A stretch of DNA of 62,105 nucleotides, the filler included. It is 3 parts of 3 records of this genome, joined end to end, with 100 filler letters (N's around TTAATTAATTAA, not from the genome) between each part and the next. Parts side by side here need not be neighbours in the genome. Positions count along the whole stretch, not along the records: positions 48,178 to 62,105 come from DRR378314_637; 2 more parts are not named here. One strand, given 5' to 3'. A model generated the notes under the pieces. The model was not told where the DNA came from. It saw only the letters and a program-made list of their open reading frames with translations, and did no database searches. Below, piece after piece: positions 57,810-62,105 of this stretch; positions within the stretch are counted from its first letter, which is position 1, and each line of letters opens with the position of its first letter. Position numbers and translations under genes: made by a program.

Positions 57810-58778
57810 TTACTGATTTTCGACGGCGTCCTGCAGGGAGTGCCACATAGCGGTATCGCGCTCTGCCGTCCAGATACGTGGATCTGGATATTCGCCACCT
57901 GCTTCGTCGTAGCAGCGAGTGATATCGAAAGGCACGCAGTGATCGAAGATGACCCAGTGGCCATACTTCGGCTTCAGAACCGCGTAGGTCTCGGCGTAGC
58001 ACTCAGAGAGTGACTTGCCCGCCGCTTTGCCCGCTTTGACGCTGCCATACATATCGCTCAAGAAGTCGCGGGTGCCCTGAATGGCTTCCTGGCACTGTTC
58101 GGCAGTTTGCAGCGCATCGCCACGGCCGGGAACTAGCTTCTGGGGCTGCATGGCCTGTAGGCGATCAAGCGTAGCAGGCCAGTCCTCGTGGTAAGCATCA
58201 CCGGTATAAGGGGTGGCGCCATACTCAACGAGGTCACCGGAAAACATGACTTTTTCTTTCGGTAACCAGACGACGGTGTCGCCCTTGGTGTGTCCACGGC
58301 CAAGATGAATGATCTGCACCTCACGCTCACCCATAAACACCGTCAGCTTTTCCTGGAAGACGATGGTTGGCCAAGTCAGGCCAGGCACAGAATCGACCCC
58401 TTTGAACAAGCGGGGGAAGCGGCCAACCTCGGATTCATAATCTTGCTGGCCGCGCTCGACAATCAGGTCATAGGTGTTCTGGCTCGCGTAGATGTTCTCG
58501 GCATCGTATGCGGAAGCGCCGAGAACGCGTACGGCATGGTAATGGGTCATGACCACATGCTTAATCGGTAGGTCAGTCACCTCGCGGATACGGCGGATAA
58601 CGTCCTGGGCCATGATCGGCGTTGCCTGGGTGTCGATGACCATTACGCTGTCATCGCCAATCACTATGCCCGTATTGGGGTCACCTTCAGCCGTATAAGC
58701 ATAGAGTCCCTCTGCCAGCTTAGTGAAACTGATCTGTTTCTCTTCGGTATCGGCATGGGACGCGAATTTCTTACTCAT
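57810..58778 (-). CDS. Metallo-beta-lactamase-fold protein with non-canonical HYHAVR motif (322 aa)
   Basis: Start MSKKFAS at 58778 with a GGAGA RBS. Motifs VIDTQ, THYHAVR, GHTKGD, FSGDLV, LVPGRG. Confidence 0.88.
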   Translation of the reverse strand: MSKKFASHADTEEKQISFTKLAEGLYAYTAEGDPNTGIVIGDDSVMVIDTQATPIMAQDVIRRIREVTDLPIKHVVMTHYHAVRVLGASAYDAENIYASQNTYDLIVERGQQDYESEVGRFPRLFKGVDSVPGLTWPTIVFQEKLTVFMGEREVQIIHLGRGHTKGDTVVWLPKEKVMFSGDLVEYGATPYTGDAYHEDWPATLDRLQAMQPQKLVPGRGDALQTAEQCQEAIQGTRDFLSDMYGSVKAGKAAGKSLSECYAETYAVLKPKYGHWVIFDHCVPFDITRCYDEAGGEYPDPRIWTAERDTAMWHSLQDAVENQ

Positions 58779-58839
58779 GGTATCTCCGGTGCTAACAGGG
58801 TGGTTCAGCTGTTTATTGGATTGTTGTATGCCATGAGGA

Positions 58840-58857
58840 TAGTTTCTAATGAAACTA
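58840..58857. promoter_or_regulatory. Perfect inverted repeat TAGTTTC-N4-GAAACTA, candidate MarR operator
   Basis: 62 bp upstream of the MBL start, in the divergent MBL/marR intergenic region. A degenerate copy TAGTTGC-ATAA-GAGAGTA lies at 58978-58995. Confidence 0.6.
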
Positions 58858-58943
58858 AATGTCCAGCACTCCATAGGCGAGTCAGCCGTTCTTGTGCATG
58901 AAATCGACAATAAACCCCAATAAATCAGATGATTATTGCAAGC

Positions 58944-58957
58944 TGATACCTAAGTAT
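58944..58957. promoter_or_regulatory. Candidate operator TGATACCTAAGTAT
   Basis: 13/14 identical to the palindrome-containing motif at 59959-59972; overlaps a TATAAT hexamer (58955-58960). Confidence 0.45.
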
Positions 58958-59256
58958 AATAATTAAAATCGGCAAATTAGTTGCATAAGAGAGTATCTGT
59001 CGGCACTGTTCTGGCTAATGCAGACAGGGCTTGCCCTGAGCGTTGGCAACCTAATGCTGATGGCATTTTTGTGTGATAAAGGCGAGTAAGCGGTGAGTCG
59101 TTTTATTCGAAACAGCGTTATTGGATGGAGCCAAGAGGACTCTCTTCCTCAAGGTGGTCAGTATGATAGGCGCGTTGCTGGTGTCTATATTCCCAGCTAT
59201 GGTGCTGATTTTTATCATCACCACCCCTGACAAACGGTGGCTCTAGGAGAAACACA

Positions 59257-59745
59257 ATGACGATGGATAAAGCAGCAAGCGATGCTCCTCTGGAGTCTTC
59301 AGCCAGGGCAGAGCTGGATCTCAACCAGTTTTTACCCTATCAGCTTAACCGTTTAGCTGACCGCATCAGCCAGGCGTTAGAGAAGCTTTATGCCGAGTCT
59401 TATGATCTTAACATTGCTCAGTGGCGTGTACTTGCATGGCTTAGCCACTGTGATGATTTAACCGCTAAGAAGGTGTGTGCCTACACCAACATGGATAAGG
59501 CGCGCGTGTCTCGGGCTATTCAGTCGCTGGAAGAGCGTGGGCTGATAAGCCGCACGCCATCCCAGCAAGATCAGCGACTGCATGACTTACATCTGACAGA
59601 GGTAGGGCAAGCGCTACTTAACAAACTAGTGCCCGAAGCTCAGGCGTGGGAAGCCGATCTAGTGTCTACCCTCAGCGTTGGTGAATATCGTGACTTGCTC
59701 AATACCATGCGCAAGCTTGAGCGGCAGTTGGAGAGAATTGGTTAA
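59257..59745 (+). CDS. MarR family transcriptional regulator
   Basis: LDLNQFLPYQL, QWRVLAWL, MDKARVSRA helix and DQRLHDLHLTEVG wing; divergent from the catabolic operon. Confidence 0.93.
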   Translation: MTMDKAASDAPLESSARAELDLNQFLPYQLNRLADRISQALEKLYAESYDLNIAQWRVLAWLSHCDDLTAKKVCAYTNMDKARVSRAIQSLEERGLISRTPSQQDQRLHDLHLTEVGQALLNKLVPEAQAWEADLVSTLSVGEYRDLLNTMRKLERQLERIG

Positions 59746-59958
59746 CAGCGCGACACCCTACAGACAAGCCAAGATGGCAGAGGGTGCCTCTATGTCGATA
59801 CCTCTACGTCGTCAGTGGTGTGTCATTGATATCAAAGAAAATGTGATTTGTGTAACAAAAAGATGGATTCAAAATTATTCCCCGATAGCCATTGATGGTG
59901 ACTCGGAGAGGCAGCTTTTTTCATATAAACATTTGTAAACTAAGAACTATATGGGGGT

Positions 59959-59972
59959 TGATACTTAAGTAT
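59959..59972. promoter_or_regulatory. Candidate operator TGATACTTAAGTAT (core palindrome ATACTTAAGTAT)
   Basis: Perfect 12-bp palindrome in the AT-rich region upstream of the TRAP operon; near-copy at 58944. Confidence 0.5.
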
Positions 59973-60117
59973 TAGCATCTATTGGTCGATGGGTTGTTGC
60001 ATGACCCAGGTATCTGTAGGCATTGTGATAAATAACGTGATTCACTAGATTTTAAAAAGATAAAAATAAAGTATCATGTTTTGCGCTTCGACTTCGTGAC
60101 GACCAGAGGAAAGAAAA

Positions 60118-61206
60118 GTGAATAAAACAACAAACCTGATGATTGGCGCTATCGCCGCCGCAACGCTGAGCACCACCGCCTTGGCGCAAACGACCATCAC
60201 CGTGAGTACCTGGGCAGGCCCCAATCACGGCATTAACACCATCGTCTGGCCAACCTGGAAAGCGTGGATTGAAGAAGCCACAGAGGGTCGCGTAACAGTA
60301 GAAGTGATACATGACATGGGGCCCCCAGCGTCACAAATGGAGATGGTCGCTGATGGTATCGCTGATGCTACCTGGGTTTTCCACGGCTATAACACTGGCC
60401 GCTTCCAGTTAACCAAGCTGCCGGAGTTTCCTACCTTTCAAGAATTTTCGTCAGAAAATGCCTCCAGTGCCTATTGGCACACACACCAAGAGTACCTGGC
60501 AGCCGCGGGTGAACACCGTGGCGTAGATGTAGTTGCTGCCGGTGTCCACGGGCCTGGCTGGATCTTCAGCAGCGAGCAGTATGAAACCTTAGAAGACCTT
60601 AAGGGTAAGCGTATTCGCGTTGGCGGTGGCGTGATGGGAGATCTCTCCAATGCCCTAGAGCTAACCGGTGTCGCCTTGCCGCCCACAGGCGTTTATGAAG
60701 CGGGTTCTCAGGGCGTCATCGATGGGGCCATGCTTGTTCCAGAAGGGCTGCGTAGCTTCCGTGTCGCAGAGATTTTCCCCTATACCCTCACGGTAGACGG
60801 CGGTTTCTACCGCGGCAGCTTCACTATCGTTGTCAACCCGATGATCTGGGATGAAATGTCGCCCGAAGATCGTGAAGCCGTTGAGTCCGTCTCTGGTGAG
60901 CGGCTGTCTCGTCTGTTCGGTTACATGATGGATGTCGTGGATGTCCGGGGCGTCGATTTTGCCGAAGAGCTTGGTCATACCTTTACCGAACTTGGTGATG
61001 AAGATCTCAATACGCTGAAAAGCATGAGTGACAGCATGGTCGCTGAGTGGGCTGAGTCTGTTTCAGAAAACCGCAACGTGGATGCGATGGCCGCTATCGA
61101 GTTCTATCGTGAGCAGCTTGTCGCTGCAGCGGAAGAAGAGAGCGTCAGTAGCCTAGTGCCAGATGAATTAGTGTCTGGCGAATCAGTACCAGACGACACA
61201 AAGTAA
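60118..61206 (+). CDS. dctP: TRAP transporter substrate-binding protein
   Basis: Signal peptide ending ALA-Q, EEATEGRV, DGIAD, LEDLKGKRIRV (conserved carboxylate-binding Arg), GVIDG. Confidence 0.9.
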   Translation: MNKTTNLMIGAIAAATLSTTALAQTTITVSTWAGPNHGINTIVWPTWKAWIEEATEGRVTVEVIHDMGPPASQMEMVADGIADATWVFHGYNTGRFQLTKLPEFPTFQEFSSENASSAYWHTHQEYLAAAGEHRGVDVVAAGVHGPGWIFSSEQYETLEDLKGKRIRVGGGVMGDLSNALELTGVALPPTGVYEAGSQGVIDGAMLVPEGLRSFRVAEIFPYTLTVDGGFYRGSFTIVVNPMIWDEMSPEDREAVESVSGERLSRLFGYMMDVVDVRGVDFAEELGHTFTELGDEDLNTLKSMSDSMVAEWAESVSENRNVDAMAAIEFYREQLVAAAEEESVSSLVPDELVSGESVPDDTK

Positions 61207-61230
61207 CCCCCCACTGGCGCTAGATGGAGA

Positions 61231-61779
61231 GTGACCATGCAAACCCAAATGGCACGTGCTACGCGCGTTAGTCGGGTGCTGCAGCTGATGTTAGAGGGGG
61301 TGGCTGGCGCTACCCTCTTTGGCATGATGCTGTTGACCACTGCTGACGTAGGCGGCCGCTACTTTTTTAATTCCCCCATTCTAGGTGCTATTGAATTAAC
61401 CCAGCTGATGTTGGCGGCATTGGTATTCCTGTCGCTGCCAGTCGTTTGTTGGCGTCAAGAGCATGTCAGCGTTGATCTGCTTGATGCGGTGTTTCCTGCA
61501 AAACTTATTTGGCTACGTGAGGTGATCGTCAATCTGATCGTAACAGCGGCTCTTTGGGTGATGGCGCAGCGTGTATGGGCACTGGCAGAGCGGGCTTTTT
61601 CATGGGGAGATGTGACGGAATTTTTGCGCATTCCCTATGGCTATCTGATCGGGCTGATCGCCATCATGCTCGCGCTTTCAGCACTACTGACCCTTATCCG
61701 AGCCGTTTTTTACCTGCTTGAGGGGCTCAAGGTAATCGAAAAAGGTGGCCCATTGAGTATAGGAGAGCCCCATGACTGA
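61231..61779 (+). CDS. dctQ: TRAP transporter small permease
   Basis: 4 TM segments, DVGGRYFFNSPILGAIEL and HVSVDLL motifs. The start may be the ATG at 61237. Confidence 0.9.
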   Translation: MTMQTQMARATRVSRVLQLMLEGVAGATLFGMMLLTTADVGGRYFFNSPILGAIELTQLMLAALVFLSLPVVCWRQEHVSVDLLDAVFPAKLIWLREVIVNLIVTAALWVMAQRVWALAERAFSWGDVTEFLRIPYGYLIGLIAIMLALSALLTLIRAVFYLLEGLKVIEKGGPLSIGEPHD

Positions 61780-62105
61780 AGCGTTGTACGGTTTCGCAGT
61801 ACTGTTGATACTCGTATTCCTGCGTGTGCCACTGGCGTTCGCGATGGGAATCGTTGGTTTCGCTGGGTTCTATCTATTAACGGGTAACTGGAATGCTGCC
61901 GAAGCAATGGCGGCGCGCCGGGTAGTAGACACCGCCATGGATTATGGCCTGTCGGTGATTCCATTGTTCATTCTCATGGGTAACTTTGTTTCTCATGCGG
62001 GATTATCCGATGCCCTGTTTCGAGCCTCAAATGGTTTTCTAGGTCACCGTAAGGGCGGTCAGGCAATGGCGACCATCGTCGCTTGCGGTGGTTTTAGCGC
62101 GATAT
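61772..62105 (+). CDS. dctM: TRAP transporter large permease, 5' part (runs off window)
   Basis: Not in the ORF track. ATG at 61772 overlaps the dctQ stop: MTEALYGFAVLLILVFLRVPLAFAMG...SVIPLFILMGNF...GHRKGGQAMATIVACGGFSAI. Confidence 0.92.
   Translation, partial: MTEALYGFAVLLILVFLRVPLAFAMGIVGFAGFYLLTGNWNAAEAMAARRVVDTAMDYGLSVIPLFILMGNFVSHAGLSDALFRASNGFLGHRKGGQAMATIVACGGFSAI

Noticed and set aside
58779-58910. N-terminal extension of the MBL ORF in the ORF track
   Set aside because: A better ATG with RBS lies at 58778, and the extension overlaps the operator-like palindrome.
1-62105. CRISPR arrays, rRNA/tRNA genes, transposons, alternative genetic code
   Set aside because: No regularly spaced repeats, recognisable structural RNA motifs or transposase/RT motifs were seen. 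In-frame stops in eukaryotic genes are explained by GT-AG introns wherever I traced them.

Overview
This window is not one natural locus. It is three contigs joined by artificial 100-bp spacers (N44-TTAATTAATTAA-N44 at 30150-30249 and 48078-48177). Contig 1 (1-30149) and contig 2 (30250-48077) come from a gene-dense, intron-rich (GT-AG) eukaryote, probably a flagellated protist or alga, so most ORF-track calls there are noise or exon fragments. By manual splicing, contig 1 encodes a 7-TM gustatory-receptor/DUF3537-like (7TMIC) protein, a Gemin6-like protein, an adenylate kinase, a SMIM8-like small membrane protein apparently spliced into the gamma-SNAP transcript, gamma-SNAP, DBP5/DDX19, WDR34/DYNC2I2 and a KEA4-6/TMCO3 K+/H+ antiporter. 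Contig 2 encodes a very large IP3-receptor-like Ca2+ release channel whose IP3-binding residues appear substituted, plus the 3' part of UPF2. Contig 3 (48178-62105) is bacterial (Halomonas-like gammaproteobacterium, inferred). It holds an aromatic catabolic cluster: fused IOR-type 2-oxoacid oxidoreductase, Bcr/CflA MFS, maiA, fahA, hmgA, a DUF2783-like protein, a flavin hydroxylase, an MBL-fold protein with a degenerate metal motif, MarR and a TRAP transporter, with no hppD in the window. Best leads: the protist 7TMIC gene, the IP3R with a charge-reversed ligand pocket, the putative bicistronic/overlapping SMIM8-gamma-SNAP transcript, and a possible HPPD-independent route into homogentisate. 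All family assignments are from recalled motifs, not database searches.
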